A stretch of DNA of 64,000 bases. It comes from an uncultured delta proteobacterium (GTDB lineage Bacteria; Desulfobacterota; Syntrophobacteria; BM002). Of this stretch, positions 1 through 10,820 are shown one piece after another. The position numbers and the translations under genes were made by a program. Each line of letters starts with the position of its first letter. Position 1 is the first letter of the stretch. The DNA lies in assembly GCA_963712115.1 (NCBI GenBank), contig CAVQGX010000033.1, forward strand, positions 64,001-128,000, written 5' to 3'. Under the pieces are notes generated by a model. The model saw nothing but the letters and a program-made list of their open reading frames with translations. It was not told where the DNA came from and ran no database searches.

Positions 1-28
1 TCTTTTTATGTGGAAGGAGAAACATACC

Positions 29-1192
29 TTGAAGAGAATTGCAATTCTCGGCTCCACCGGCTCAATTGGGCGTAACGCCCTACAGGTAATTGAACAATTC
101 CCAGATCGCTTTCAAGTCGTTGCCTTGGCGGCGGGGAGAAACGTCGATCTGTTGATAGAACAGATCCAACGCTTTCGACCCAAGGTTGCAGCTGCTCTTG
201 ACCAGAAACTGGCCAACGATCTGGCCAGCCGTCTCCCAGCGGATATTGGGGTGGAAGTCTTTGCCGGTTCACAAGGCTACCAGAACATAGCTAATTGCAC
301 TGAGGCGGACATGGTACTTTCCTCCATGGTGGGAGCGGCAGGCCTCATTCCTACCCTAAGTGCCATCCGAGCCGGCAAAGATGTGGCTCTAGCCAACAAG
401 GAAACATTGGTAATGGCTGGCGCTCTGGTCATGGAAGAGGTCAGGAGGTATCAGATAAGGTTGCTCCCGGTGGACAGTGAGCACAATGCCATATTCCAAG
501 CTTTGGAGGGACATAGACGGGAAGATCTCAAACGAATCTTGCTGACCGCTTCGGGCGGCCCCTTTCTCAACCTACCAAAGGAGCAACTTGAATCCGTTAC
601 TCCAGCCCAGGCCCTGAATCATCCGAACTGGGAAATGGGTGCTAAAATCACCATTGATTCAGCAACCATGATGAACAAGGGGCTTGAGGTTATTGAGGCC
701 AAGTGGCTGTTTGACCTGGCGGTGGAAAAAATCGACGTACATATCCATCCCCAGTCCATTGTTCACTCCATGGTGGAGTATGTGGACGGTTCAGTTATCG
801 CCCAATTGGGTATGCCGGATATGCGTGTCCCCATAGCCTACGCTCTAGCCTACCCCGAACGTCTAAAGTTAGATCTGCCTACCCTAGACCTCTTCTCGGT
901 GCAGACCCTCACTTTTCAGGAGCCCGATCTCGGCCGGTACCCTTGCCTTGATTTGGCCTTTAATGCCTGCAAAGCGGGCGGAACCATGCCGGCTGTCCTG
1001 AACGCTTCCAATGAGGTAGCGGTGCAAGCATTTCTTGACAAGCGCATTCCTTTTCTGGGAATCGCCAGATTGGTGGACAAGGTCATGCAAGAGCATGAAC
1101 TTGCTCCTGCAACAGAGTTGGAGGCCATTCTCGCGGCCGACACCTGGGCTCGAAGAAGAGCGGAAGAGGCAATAGATAGTATTTGCTCGTAA
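29..1192 (+). CDS. dxr: 1-deoxy-D-xylulose 5-phosphate reductoisomerase
   Basis: GSTGSIG, LANKE, PVDSEH, KITIDSATMMNKGLE motifs; TTG start at 29 after AAGGAG. Confidence 0.97.
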   Translation: MKRIAILGSTGSIGRNALQVIEQFPDRFQVVALAAGRNVDLLIEQIQRFRPKVAAALDQKLANDLASRLPADIGVEVFAGSQGYQNIANCTEADMVLSSMVGAAGLIPTLSAIRAGKDVALANKETLVMAGALVMEEVRRYQIRLLPVDSEHNAIFQALEGHRREDLKRILLTASGGPFLNLPKEQLESVTPAQALNHPNWEMGAKITIDSATMMNKGLEVIEAKWLFDLAVEKIDVHIHPQSIVHSMVEYVDGSVIAQLGMPDMRVPIAYALAYPERLKLDLPTLDLFSVQTLTFQEPDLGRYPCLDLAFNACKAGGTMPAVLNASNEVAVQAFLDKRIPFLGIARLVDKVMQEHELAPATELEAILAADTWARRRAEEAIDSICS

Positions 1193-1511
1193 CAATGCAG
1201 GGCTGCAAGAATTTACCAAATAACGCATAGGGCATAGAGTAAGGAGACAGGAGTCAGAATCCAGGAGCCAGGAGCAAAGCAATCAAAATTGACTTCATCT
1301 GAGCTACCCACTCTTTGAACCGCACAATATCGAACAAGGAATTTCGAATATCGAAGTGATCACTTCATCATTCTGCGGTTCCTTGTTCTGCTGTTCGATA
1401 TTCAGTGCTTTGAACAATCTGTCCTCTGTCGTCTGACCTCTGACCTCTAATCCCAGTCTCGCTGGGCTATACGCTTTGTTGGCAGGAAATCTGCATAAGT
1501 GAACTCAGACT

Positions 1512-1706
1512 TAGCCCGGATGTTTCATGAATTGATGTCGCGAGACCATGAAGATGGGCGGGCCACCGGGTAACCGTCCCGCGGTACCGCGGGATTGGTT
1601 TCGAGGCGTACCTGAACGGTACGTCGCAGGAGCCGACACCCGAGGACACCCGGAAGGACGGCCATATCCAGGGTCGCAGCAAGCAATTTATCAAACATCC
1701 GGGCTA
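1512..1706. mobile_element. MITE-like element, copy 1 (195 bp)
   Basis: 23-bp terminal inverted repeats TAGCCCGGATGTTTCATGAATTG / CAATTTATCAAACATCCGGGCTA; similar copies at 37075 and 41408. Confidence 0.85.
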
Positions 1707-1797
1707 CTGTTGGCAATGGGATTTTCGGCACGTTATAATGCAAAAGTAATTTTCGTCCTTATAATATGAAAAACTTTAATTGAGGAGCAGTTAAATC

Positions 1798-2898
1798 TTG
1801 GAAGCTATTTGGGAACTTTCTCGAACCTTATTATCCTTTGTTGTTTCTTTAGGAATACTCATTTTTATCCATGAGTTCGGCCATTTTTTGGCAGCCAAGA
1901 TCTTCAAGGTCAAAGTGGAGCGCTTTTCTCTAGGCTTTGGTCCACGGTTGCTTGGCAAACAGGTTGGGGACACAGACTACCGTATCTCAGCCTTTCCCCT
2001 TGGCGGATACGTTAAGATGCTTGGCGAATCGACTGATGAAGAAATTCCAGAGGATTTAAAACCTGTCTCTTTTTCCCACCAACCTCTAAGAAGACGTATA
2101 ACCATAGTAGCAGCTGGTCCGAGTTCCAATTTGCTCTTGGCAGTATTTCTCTATGCCGTAATCTTCGGACTCTTCGGTCTTGCAAAGACGACCACTCACA
2201 TCGGTTCTGTAACCCCAGATTCTCCCGCAGCCTCCTCCGGCCTGCAGCCAGAGGACAAGGTACTCGAGGTTGAGGGTACTCCTGTGGAAGAATGGGGTGA
2301 GTTGTCTCAGCTAATTCAGGATAGTGGTGGTAAACCCATTCAGCTTAAGATTCTCCGGGGAGATGAAACATTTACTGTGGTACTCACTCCTGAGATAAAG
2401 GAAACCCAAACCATACTTGGGGAAAAAGTCAGCCGGCCTCTTATCGGCATTGTTGCTTCCAACAATGTCATTGTGGAAAAGATCAATCCCCTTCAAGCTG
2501 GATATTATGCCGTCACTCAAACAATCGGCATGATAAAGCTCACCTTCGTTGTTCTCGGAAAATTGATTGTTGGTGCCATCTCTCCCAGAACTCTCGCTGG
2601 TCCCATCGGTATAGCTCAGATGTCGGGTGAAGTTGCCAAGGCTGGACCGCTGGCTTTTCTATCTTTCTTGGCGCTGCTTAGTATTAACTTGGGAATCCTT
2701 AACCTCCTTCCCATTCCGATTCTGGACGGTGGCCATCTACTTTTCTTCTTTATTGAGGGGATCATGGGTAAGCCCCTCAGTATTAGGAAGAGAGAATTGG
2801 CCCAGCAGGTTGGTCTGTTCCTACTCATTGTCCTCATGGTGTTTGTCTTCTACAACGATATCTACCGTTTGGTTGCCCCGGGTAAGGCAATCCCCTAA
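1798..2898 (+). CDS. rseP: RIP metalloprotease RseP
   Basis: HEFGH, PDZ-like middle region, NLLPIPILDGG; follows dxr. Confidence 0.95.
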   Translation: MEAIWELSRTLLSFVVSLGILIFIHEFGHFLAAKIFKVKVERFSLGFGPRLLGKQVGDTDYRISAFPLGGYVKMLGESTDEEIPEDLKPVSFSHQPLRRRITIVAAGPSSNLLLAVFLYAVIFGLFGLAKTTTHIGSVTPDSPAASSGLQPEDKVLEVEGTPVEEWGELSQLIQDSGGKPIQLKILRGDETFTVVLTPEIKETQTILGEKVSRPLIGIVASNNVIVEKINPLQAGYYAVTQTIGMIKLTFVVLGKLIVGAISPRTLAGPIGIAQMSGEVAKAGPLAFLSFLALLSINLGILNLLPIPILDGGHLLFFFIEGIMGKPLSIRKRELAQQVGLFLLIVLMVFVFYNDIYRLVAPGKAIP

Positions 2899-3051
2899 AG
2901 GGATTGCCAGCCAGCAGCTGACAGTTGGCAGCAGAACATTTATCATTTTGCATTTCGCATTTGTCATTTAACATTTTGACTAGATGATTAGGTGAATCTC
3001 AACTCACACCGTACAATGACGAATTGCTAAATGAGAGATGAGAAATGGGAA

Positions 3052-3747
3052 ATGAAAATCCTTGCTATAGAAACATCGACCCGAATGGGGAGCATTGCCC
3101 TGGTTGAGGGACCTCTGCTTAAGGCCCAACACATCCTCAACATAAGTGCGACACACAACCAACGTCTCCTGCCTGGTATTGAACGTATTCTTGCTGATGC
3201 TGGCTGGTCCTTAGACGACCTTGATGGTTTTGCAGTTAGTCTTGGTCCGGGAAGTTTTACTGGTCTGCGAATCGGCCTGAGCATAGTCAAAGGGCTTGCT
3301 TGGGCCACCGGCAAGCCTTTGGCCGGTGTGCCAACTTTGGATGCGCTGGCGCTAAATGTTTCCTTCGTCTCACACACGACCTGCCCTATCTTGGACGCGC
3401 GGAAAGGCGAAATCTACACCGCACTTTATCGCCAAGGTGATGAGGGAATTCCTCAAAGGCTTACCTCTTACATGGCCATCAAACCTGAAGAACTGGTAGC
3501 CCTCATATCGGAGACTACAGTGATAATTGGAGACGGCCTTTTGTCTTATGGGGACTATCTAAAGAGAGAGTTAGGTAATCGACTAGTCTTGGCTCCACCT
3601 CATCTTAGCGTCATCCACGCAAGCTCCGTTGCCTGGTTGGGCTGGCACAGACTCCAGTCAGGAGAATCCGAAGATGTCTCCAGTTGCACTCCTCTGTATG
3701 TAAGGCCCTCCGAAGCAGAGCTGAACAGGAAGTCCAGCCCATTTTAG
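3052..3747 (+). CDS. tsaB: tRNA threonylcarbamoyladenosine biosynthesis protein TsaB
   Basis: MKILAIETS, GPGSFTGLRIG, DARKGEIY, PLYVRPSEAE. Confidence 0.95.
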   Translation: MKILAIETSTRMGSIALVEGPLLKAQHILNISATHNQRLLPGIERILADAGWSLDDLDGFAVSLGPGSFTGLRIGLSIVKGLAWATGKPLAGVPTLDALALNVSFVSHTTCPILDARKGEIYTALYRQGDEGIPQRLTSYMAIKPEELVALISETTVIIGDGLLSYGDYLKRELGNRLVLAPPHLSVIHASSVAWLGWHRLQSGESEDVSSCTPLYVRPSEAELNRKSSPF

Positions 3748-3963
3748 ATTTTGGATTTTAGATTGCAGCTTTTTATAAATTTTCCATCTTAAGATACACG
3801 AATCAAAAATCTACAATCTTCAATCTTCAATCTTCAATAGCCATCTGGATATTGACAAAATAGTGCAGATCGCATAAACATTATCGATTATCCCTTTAAA
3901 TTATTCCGAATTGTCCGCATCCAACTTTCCCTTTGAGACTGGATGCTCCGAGAGGGGTAGAAT

Positions 3964-4188
3964 ATGGAAAAATGGGATGAGGAATTGATTGCCCGTCTAC
4001 TTCCCCACAATGAAGAGTTGCGTGGGTACGTCGAAGATCACCGGCGCTATGAAGAGCAATTGGAGAAGTTCACTCAGCGCCCCTACTTGACTTATGAAGA
4101 AGAGGTGGAGAAGAGACGCATTCAAAAATTGAAATTGGCGGGACGAGACAAAATTGAAGCCATCTTGGCTAAACATAGACAGGGGTGA
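3964..4188 (+). CDS. DUF465/YdcH-like small coiled-coil protein
   Basis: HxxYEEQL...LxxEEEVEKRRIQKLKLAGRDKIE pattern; GAGGGG RBS; directly upstream of ilvB. Confidence 0.75.
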   Translation: MEKWDEELIARLLPHNEELRGYVEDHRRYEEQLEKFTQRPYLTYEEEVEKRRIQKLKLAGRDKIEAILAKHRQG

Positions 4189-4191
4189 GTC

Positions 4192-5883
4192 ATGAAGCTA
4201 ACAGGAGCCCAAATATTCTTTGAATGTTTGAAAGCCGAAGGAGTTGAGGTCGTCTTTGGTCTGCCGGGTGGAGCAGTCATCGACATCTATGATGAGATGC
4301 CCAAACACAACATCCGCCACATCCTTGTGCGCCACGAGCAGGGTGCTACCCACATGGCTGATGGTTATGCCCGCGCCACTGGAAAAGTGGGTGTTTGCCT
4401 GGTAACGTCGGGCCCTGGAGCTACCAACACAGTTACCGGCATTGCCACGGCCTATTGTGATTCCATCCCCATAGTGGTTTTCACCGGTCAGGTGCCCACA
4501 GCTTTGATTGGCAATGACGCCTTTCAGGAGGCAGACATTGTTGGCATCACCCGTCCATGCACCAAACACAACTACTTGGTAAAGGACGTCCGTGATCTTG
4601 CCCGGGTCATTCGTGAGGCTTTCTTTTTGGCCCGCTCCGGTCGTCCGGGACCTGTATTGGTGGATCTGCCCAAAGACGTGGTCGCTGGCAAAACCGACTT
4701 CAAGTATCCCAAGAACATTGCCATGAAAGGTTATAAGCCCACCACTGAAGCTCACATGGGCCAAATCAAAAGAGCATACGCTGCAATTTCTAAAGCCAAA
4801 AGACCAGTGATCTATGCTGGTGGTGGGGTGATTCTTTCCAATGCCGCCAAAGAGTTGAAAGAGCTGGGAGAGAAACTTAGGTGCCCGGTAACCACTACTC
4901 TCATGGGGCTAGGTGGATTTCCTGCCCCTCACGATTTGTGGCTTGGGATGCTGGGAATGCACGGTACTTTCCGGGCTAATATGGCTGTGGCTAACGCTGA
5001 TATGCTTATTAGCATAGGTGCACGCTTCGACGATCGCGTAACCGGCAAGCTGGATGAGTTCGCCCCATCGGCCAAGATCATCCACATTGACATAGACCCA
5101 ACTTCAATAAGTAAGAATGTTAGAGTAGACATACCTATTGTTGGCGATTGCAAGGATGCCCTTAAAAAACTCCTTCAACTGGTTAAAGAAAACCCCATAG
5201 AAAACCTGGAAAAACAGAGGCAGCCCTGGCTGGATCAGGTCCAGAAATGGAAGGAGACCTATCCCCTAGCCTACGAACAAAAGGATGATGTGATCAAGCC
5301 ACAATATGTGGTTGAAATGCTGTACAAGCTCTGTAAAGAGAAAAACCCCATCATCACCACCGAGGTTGGTCAGAACCAAATGTGGGCCGCCCAGTACTTC
5401 CATTTTTCTGAACCTAGAACTCTACTCACCTCGGGCGGACTGGGCACCATGGGCTACGGCATGCCAGCAGCAATTGGCGCTCAAGCCGCCTTTCCTGAAA
5501 GGTTGGTCATCGACATAGCCGGAGACGGCAGTATTCAAATGTGTATACAGGAGCTTACCACTGCTGTGGAGAATAACTTGCAGGTGAAGGTGGCAATACT
5601 CAATAACCAATATCTAGGAATGGTCCGGCAATGGCAGCAACTCTTCTATGAGAAGCAATACTGTGCCACTTGCCTCAAGATGGCACCCGATTTCGTCAAA
5701 TTGGCTGAGGCCTATGGCGCTGTTGGACTCCGTGCCACCAAACCCAGCGAGGTGGAAAAGGTGATCCTGGAGGCGATTGCTACGCCCAAGCCGGTAATCA
5801 TGGATTTTGTGGTCAACCCAGAAGAATGTGTCTACCCCATGGTGCCTGCTGGAGCGGCTACCACAGAAATGATCCTGGTCTAG
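4192..5883 (+). CDS. ilvB: acetolactate synthase large subunit
   Basis: [18 protein letters not shown] ThDP motif. Confidence 0.97.
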   Translation: MKLTGAQIFFECLKAEGVEVVFGLPGGAVIDIYDEMPKHNIRHILVRHEQGATHMADGYARATGKVGVCLVTSGPGATNTVTGIATAYCDSIPIVVFTGQVPTALIGNDAFQEADIVGITRPCTKHNYLVKDVRDLARVIREAFFLARSGRPGPVLVDLPKDVVAGKTDFKYPKNIAMKGYKPTTEAHMGQIKRAYAAISKAKRPVIYAGGGVILSNAAKELKELGEKLRCPVTTTLMGLGGFPAPHDLWLGMLGMHGTFRANMAVANADMLISIGARFDDRVTGKLDEFAPSAKIIHIDIDPTSISKNVRVDIPIVGDCKDALKKLLQLVKENPIENLEKQRQPWLDQVQKWKETYPLAYEQKDDVIKPQYVVEMLYKLCKEKNPIITTEVGQNQMWAAQYFHFSEPRTLLTSGGLGTMGYGMPAAIGAQAAFPERLVIDIAGDGSIQMCIQELTTAVENNLQVKVAILNNQYLGMVRQWQQLFYEKQYCATCLKMAPDFVKLAEAYGAVGLRATKPSEVEKVILEAIATPKPVIMDFVVNPEECVYPMVPAGAATTEMILV

Positions 5884-5960
5884 AAACCGTCCGTGGTCAG
5901 TTGTCTAAAGTCGCATAGCGCATTCAGTTTGCTTCTGCACAAGCTGAAAGGAGAGACGTC

Positions 5961-6455
5961 GTGAGGCATACCCTCGGAGTCCTGGTGGAGAATCAGCCCG
6001 GTGTCCTTTCCCGGGTGGCTGGCCTGTTCAGTGGCAGGGGATTCAATATCGAAAGCCTGACCGTGGCCGAAACCCTTGATCCGCAAGTTTCCCACATCAC
6101 CTTGGTGACCACTGGCGATGAGACGATCATGGAACAGATTGTCAAGCATCTCAACAAGCTGGTTAACGTGATCAAGGTGATCGATTTTCGTGAAGTGAAA
6201 TTTGTGGACCGGGAGATGGCCCTGATCAAGGTCAAGGCCGAGGCTCACACCCGTGCTGAAGTACTCCGTATAGTCGATATTTTTAGGGGTAAGGTGGTCG
6301 ATGTCAGTCCGAATTTCCTTACCATCGAAGTTACCGGTGATGAAGGAAAGATTCAGGCAATTCTAGACCTGATGGCTCAACTGGGAATCGTTGAGGTGGT
6401 CAGAACAGGAAAGGTCGCCATTGCCCGCAGCAAGAAGAATACTAAGATGAAATAA
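5961..6455 (+). CDS. ilvN: acetolactate synthase small subunit
   Basis: ENQPGVLSRVAGLFSGRGFNIESL ACT domain. Confidence 0.96.
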   Translation: MRHTLGVLVENQPGVLSRVAGLFSGRGFNIESLTVAETLDPQVSHITLVTTGDETIMEQIVKHLNKLVNVIKVIDFREVKFVDREMALIKVKAEAHTRAEVLRIVDIFRGKVVDVSPNFLTIEVTGDEGKIQAILDLMAQLGIVEVVRTGKVAIARSKKNTKMK

Positions 6456-6627
6456 AGGCGGGTCGCTCTACCGAATTTGCTGCCGATATCCATCGATTTG
6501 AGCCATGGAGTAGTACAGAAAAACCGCCCTGCCTCACGCCCTATCAGCGATCTCTGCAGCCTGCTGAACCTGGAATTATCCCACTAAACTAGGCTTTTAT
6601 ATACTATCACCGTTACAGGAGGATACC

Positions 6628-7620
6628 GTGAAAATCTATTACGATTCGGATGCCGATCTGGGTGTGCTCAAAGGCAAGAAAGTGGCAATCATTGGCTACG
6701 GCAGTCAAGGCCACGCCCAAGCACAGAACTTAAGGGACAGTGGCGTGGATGTGGTGGTCGCCGAACTGGAGGGGACTGCCAACTACGACCTGGCCAAGGA
6801 GCATGGATTTGAACCCACCACAGCCAGTGAGGCCACGAGCCTCGCCAGTGTGGTCCAGATTCTTGCCCAGGATGACGCCCAGGCGAAATTATACCGGGAC
6901 GAAGTTGCTCCCCACATGGCCAAGGGTAAGACTCTGGTCTTTTCCCACGGCTTTAATATCCACTTCGGTCAGATCCGGCCTGCCGAACACTTGGATGTGG
7001 TGATGATTGCTCCCAAAGGTCCCGGGCATCTGGTGCGGAGCGAATACGAAAAGGGAGCGGGAGTGCCATCCTTGGTTGCCATTCACCAGGATGCCACTGG
7101 TCGCGCCCTGGAGACAGCCCTCGCTTATGCCAAGGGGTTGGGAGCCACCCGTGCTGGGGTGATTCAAACCACCTTTGAGGAAGAAACCGAGACTGACCTC
7201 TTCGGGGAGCAGACTGTTCTTTGTGGCGGGGTGACCGAGCTGGTCAAGGCCGGATTTGATACTCTGGTCGAGGCTGGCTACCAGCCGGAGATCGCTTATT
7301 TTGAGTGCCTCCATGAGTTGAAGCTCATAGTTGACCTATTTTATCAGGGAGGCATCTCTTTCATGCGCTACTCGGTTAGCGATACTGCCGAGTATGGGGA
7401 TTACTCGCGGGGAACACGTATCATTACGGAAGAAACCCGGGAAACTATGCGGGAGATTCTGGCTGAAGTCCAGAGCGGTGAGTTTGCTCGGGAGTGGATT
7501 CTGGAAAATCAGGCCGGTCGCCCCGTTTTCAATGCCCTGCGACGGGCGGAGAAAGAGCACCCCATTGAAGAGGTAGGCGCCAAACTCCGTGCCATGATGC
7601 CGTGGTTAAAGAAAAAGTAG
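6628..7620 (+). CDS. ilvC: ketol-acid reductoisomerase
   Basis: [23 protein letters not shown]. Confidence 0.97.
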   Translation: MKIYYDSDADLGVLKGKKVAIIGYGSQGHAQAQNLRDSGVDVVVAELEGTANYDLAKEHGFEPTTASEATSLASVVQILAQDDAQAKLYRDEVAPHMAKGKTLVFSHGFNIHFGQIRPAEHLDVVMIAPKGPGHLVRSEYEKGAGVPSLVAIHQDATGRALETALAYAKGLGATRAGVIQTTFEEETETDLFGEQTVLCGGVTELVKAGFDTLVEAGYQPEIAYFECLHELKLIVDLFYQGGISFMRYSVSDTAEYGDYSRGTRIITEETRETMREILAEVQSGEFAREWILENQAGRPVFNALRRAEKEHPIEEVGAKLRAMMPWLKKK

Positions 7621-7731
7621 CTTTTCTGGTGATATGAGATGTGAGATGTGGGATTTGAGATTCCGCCAGAAATAGTTTGTTTTCCCACATCCCACATCGA
7701 TTTTTTTATGTTTGTTTAGGATTTCGGTGTT

Positions 7732-8379
7732 ATGCGACGGATCCCTATTGCCAAGCAAGGACTACCGTATATTCTTGGTATTACAGTGTTATTGATCCTG
7801 CTCCTTTTCCTGGGCTGGACGTTTTTGACCGTATTGGCTTTAATCTTGACGGTTTTAGTGATAAACTTCTTTCGTGATCCCGAGCGGGTAATCCCGCAGG
7901 TCCCCCACGCGGTGCTGTCGCCGGCTGATGGCAAGATCATATTTGTGGGGCCGACATTCGAAGATAGGTTTCTCTGCAAAGAGACTTTGAAAATTAGTAT
8001 CTTTATGTCTATTTTTAACGTCCACGTTAATCGAATCCCTCTCTCTGGGGAAGTGGAGAGCATTCATTACGAAAAGGGCACATTTTTTGCTGCCAGTTTG
8101 GATAAGGCTTCTCATGATAATGAACACAACGCAGTAGTTTTGCGAACCCCTGAAGACGAAAAGATAGTCTTCGTGCAAATCGCCGGCCTGATTGCCAGGC
8201 GGATCGACTGCTGGGTGCAACCGGGCGAGCGGGTTCAGCAAGGCGAACGTTTTGGTATGATTCGCTTTGGCTCCAGGTTGGACGTTTTCGTTCCCACTAA
8301 CAGCCACCTGGCAGTAAGCAAGGGGCAACGCGTTAAAGCAGGGGAGAGTATTTTATGTTACCACCCACCAAAAAGCTAA
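7732..8379 (+). CDS. psd: phosphatidylserine decarboxylase proenzyme
   Basis: FFRDPER, SPADG, HVNRIP, FGS self-cleavage motif. Confidence 0.94.
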   Translation: MRRIPIAKQGLPYILGITVLLILLLFLGWTFLTVLALILTVLVINFFRDPERVIPQVPHAVLSPADGKIIFVGPTFEDRFLCKETLKISIFMSIFNVHVNRIPLSGEVESIHYEKGTFFAASLDKASHDNEHNAVVLRTPEDEKIVFVQIAGLIARRIDCWVQPGERVQQGERFGMIRFGSRLDVFVPTNSHLAVSKGQRVKAGESILCYHPPKS

Positions 8380-9170
8380 AAAGGAAAAGCCGTAAGCCTC
8401 GACGAAAGAAGCGAGGAATCTACCTGCTTCCTAACCTTTTAACCACAGGGAACCTTTTCTGCGGCTTTTACGGCATAGTTGCTGCCATCAACCATAATTT
8501 CAGAACGGCAGCGATTGCTATTCTTTTTGCCTGTCTCTTCGATATCCTAGACGGTAAAGTCGCTCGGCTCACCGGTTCCAACAGCCGCTTTGGGATGGAG
8601 TATGATTCTTTGGCTGATCTGGTGGCCTTTGGTGTAGCACCCGCCGTGCTCGTTTATCTATGGGCGCTCAAACCATTCGGCCGGCTGGGTTGGGTTGCAG
8701 CCTTTCTCTTTGTTGCCTGCGGCGCTCTCCGCCTGGCGCGGTTCAATGTTCAGACCGACTCAGTTTCTAAGAAGTATTTCGTTGGACTCCCCATACCTGG
8801 TGCCGCACTCATGGTTGCCACCACAGTGCTGTTCTTCTATCGAATGGGAGGGAGTGGTCCCACCAAGCACTTCTTATTACTGGCCATGGCTTACCTCTTG
8901 GGTTTTCTCATGGTCAGCAGCATTCCCTTCAACAGCTTCAAAGAATTTGACGGATTTCAGCGAATGCCTTTCCGGACGCTTTTTATCATAGTCTTACTTT
9001 TTTCGGTAATTGCGGTACAACCTTCTATAATGCTTTTCACTTTTGGGCTTGTCTATGTGAGTTCGGGTCCCATAGGGTATGTATTTAGATTTTTGCGAAG
9101 CCGCAGAGAATCCATTACTGAAGAAGCCCATAACCAGGAAATGTCCACCAGTAAAAAGGGAAGAGAATAG
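8355..9170 (+). CDS. pssA: CDP-diacylglycerol--serine O-phosphatidyltransferase
   Basis: PNLLT, DILDGKVAR...DSLADLVAFG CDP-alcohol phosphotransferase motif. Confidence 0.94.
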   Translation: MLPPTKKLKRKSRKPRRKKRGIYLLPNLLTTGNLFCGFYGIVAAINHNFRTAAIAILFACLFDILDGKVARLTGSNSRFGMEYDSLADLVAFGVAPAVLVYLWALKPFGRLGWVAAFLFVACGALRLARFNVQTDSVSKKYFVGLPIPGAALMVATTVLFFYRMGGSGPTKHFLLLAMAYLLGFLMVSSIPFNSFKEFDGFQRMPFRTLFIIVLLFSVIAVQPSIMLFTFGLVYVSSGPIGYVFRFLRSRRESITEEAHNQEMSTSKKGRE

Positions 9171-9259
9171 AGGGAGGTTCCAGCATTCGCTTGAGAGTGA
9201 GCTAAAATTTCAAATAGGTAATTTCGTTTCACCTGGCCAAGCTTGCACGGCCTAAGACA

Positions 9260-9304
9260 TTTCCCCTCCCGAAGATTATCCGGGAAGGGGAAATTTTTCT
9301 TTTT
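9260..9304 (+). terminator. Rho-independent terminator after pssA
   Basis: stem ATTTCCCCTCCCG...CGGGAAGGGGAAAT followed by TTTTCTTTTT. Confidence 0.7.
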
Positions 9305-9377
9305 AGCATAGTCAACTACATGTTAGTATCCCGTCTTACACCTTTGTGATTAACTACCACTGACACAGGTATTTGCC

Positions 9378-10640
9378 ATGGCAATGACCATTACCGAGAA
9401 GATTCTTGCTGCCCACGCGGGCTTGGACAGAGTTGAACCGGGAGAACTCATCGAAGTCGATGTTGACTTCTCTCTTGCCAACGACATTACCGCTCCTATA
9501 GCCATAGAGCGGTTTCGCCAGGCAGGGGCCAAAAAGATCTATGATGCGGCTAGGGTTGCCCTTGTCCCTGATCACTTCGTGCCCAATAAAGACATTGAAT
9601 CGGCTACCCAGTGCCAGCTACTGCGTGAGTTTGCCGCAGAGCACAAGCTTCCCCATTTCTTTGAAGTGGGACGCATGGGTATCGAACACGCACTTCTGCC
9701 CGAACAGGGACTGGTGCTTCCAGGAGATGTGGTGGTTGGCGCCGACAGTCACACCTGCACCTACGGAGGACTAGGGGCCTTCGCTACCGGAGTTGGAAGT
9801 ACAGATCTTGCTGCTGTTATGATCACTGGCCGAACTTGGTTCCGAGTGCCAGCATCCATCAAATTCGTTTACCATGGTAATCTGCGTCCTTGGGTCACAG
9901 GCAAAGATCTCATTCTTTACACTATCGGCCAAATCGGCGTAGATGGAGCCCGGTACCGGGCCATGGAGTTCACCGGTCCCGTTATTTCCCAACTTTCCAT
10001 GGATCAGCGACTGACCATGGCCAACATGGCCATTGAAGCCGGGGCAAAGAACGGCATAATCGCCCCTGATGATTGTACTCGCGCTTTTGTGGAGAAGAGG
10101 GCTCAGCGGACCTATCAATTCTACCAGAGCGACGACGATGCCCAATATGAGCAAGTGATCAAATACGATGTTAGCGAGATCGAACCCCAGGTGGCCCTGC
10201 CCCCTTCACCGGCCAACAGCCAACCGGTTTCATCTTTGGACAAAATTCCCATTGATCAGGTGGTGATCGGCTCTTGTACCAACGGTCGGCTAGAAGATTT
10301 GAGAGCGGCGGCCGAGATACTAAAAAATCGTCGGATAGCACCAGGGGTACGCTGTCTAATAATTCCAGCCACCCAACTCATCTACCGACAGGCAATGGAC
10401 GAAGGTTTATTTGCCATTTTCCTCGAGGCGGAGGCTGCCATCAGCACCCCAACCTGCGGCCCTTGCTTGGGTGGGTACATGGGCATTCTCGCTGCTGGCG
10501 AGAGGGCAGTGGCTACCACTAACCGTAATTTCGTCGGAAGGATGGGTCATCCGGAAAGCGAAGTGTATCTGGCCTCACCTGCCGTAGCTGCTGCCTCGGC
10601 TGTTCTCGGCCGTATTGCCAGCCCGGAGGATTTAGGTTAG
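9378..10640 (+). CDS. leuC: 3-isopropylmalate dehydratase large subunit
   Basis: DSHTCTYG, IGSCTNGR, CGPCLG aconitase-type Fe-S ligands. Confidence 0.93.
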   Translation: MAMTITEKILAAHAGLDRVEPGELIEVDVDFSLANDITAPIAIERFRQAGAKKIYDAARVALVPDHFVPNKDIESATQCQLLREFAAEHKLPHFFEVGRMGIEHALLPEQGLVLPGDVVVGADSHTCTYGGLGAFATGVGSTDLAAVMITGRTWFRVPASIKFVYHGNLRPWVTGKDLILYTIGQIGVDGARYRAMEFTGPVISQLSMDQRLTMANMAIEAGAKNGIIAPDDCTRAFVEKRAQRTYQFYQSDDDAQYEQVIKYDVSEIEPQVALPPSPANSQPVSSLDKIPIDQVVIGSCTNGRLEDLRAAAEILKNRRIAPGVRCLIIPATQLIYRQAMDEGLFAIFLEAEAAISTPTCGPCLGGYMGILAAGERAVATTNRNFVGRMGHPESEVYLASPAVAAASAVLGRIASPEDLG

Positions 10641-10820
10641 GGGCATTTGCTATTTCGGGAAGTTGGATTGGTCGGCATGCCAGCGTGCGACTAGGCCAAT
10701 CTAACTAAGCATGTGGGACTAAGCACTTAAAAGAATCATTTGTAAACAGGTATTTGGTGCCTAGTGCTTACTGCCTAGTGCCCAGTAAAACATAGTGCTA
10801 TGCAACCCCTGGAGGTGCGG

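Noticed and set aside
1467-1769. Small ORFs at 1467-1769, 37001-37252 and 41327-41627
   Set aside because: They are translations of the MITE; frames and lengths are not conserved between copies
9171-9305. Leucine leader-peptide attenuator before leuC
   Set aside because: A terminator is present but I found no Leu-rich leader ORF with a start codon
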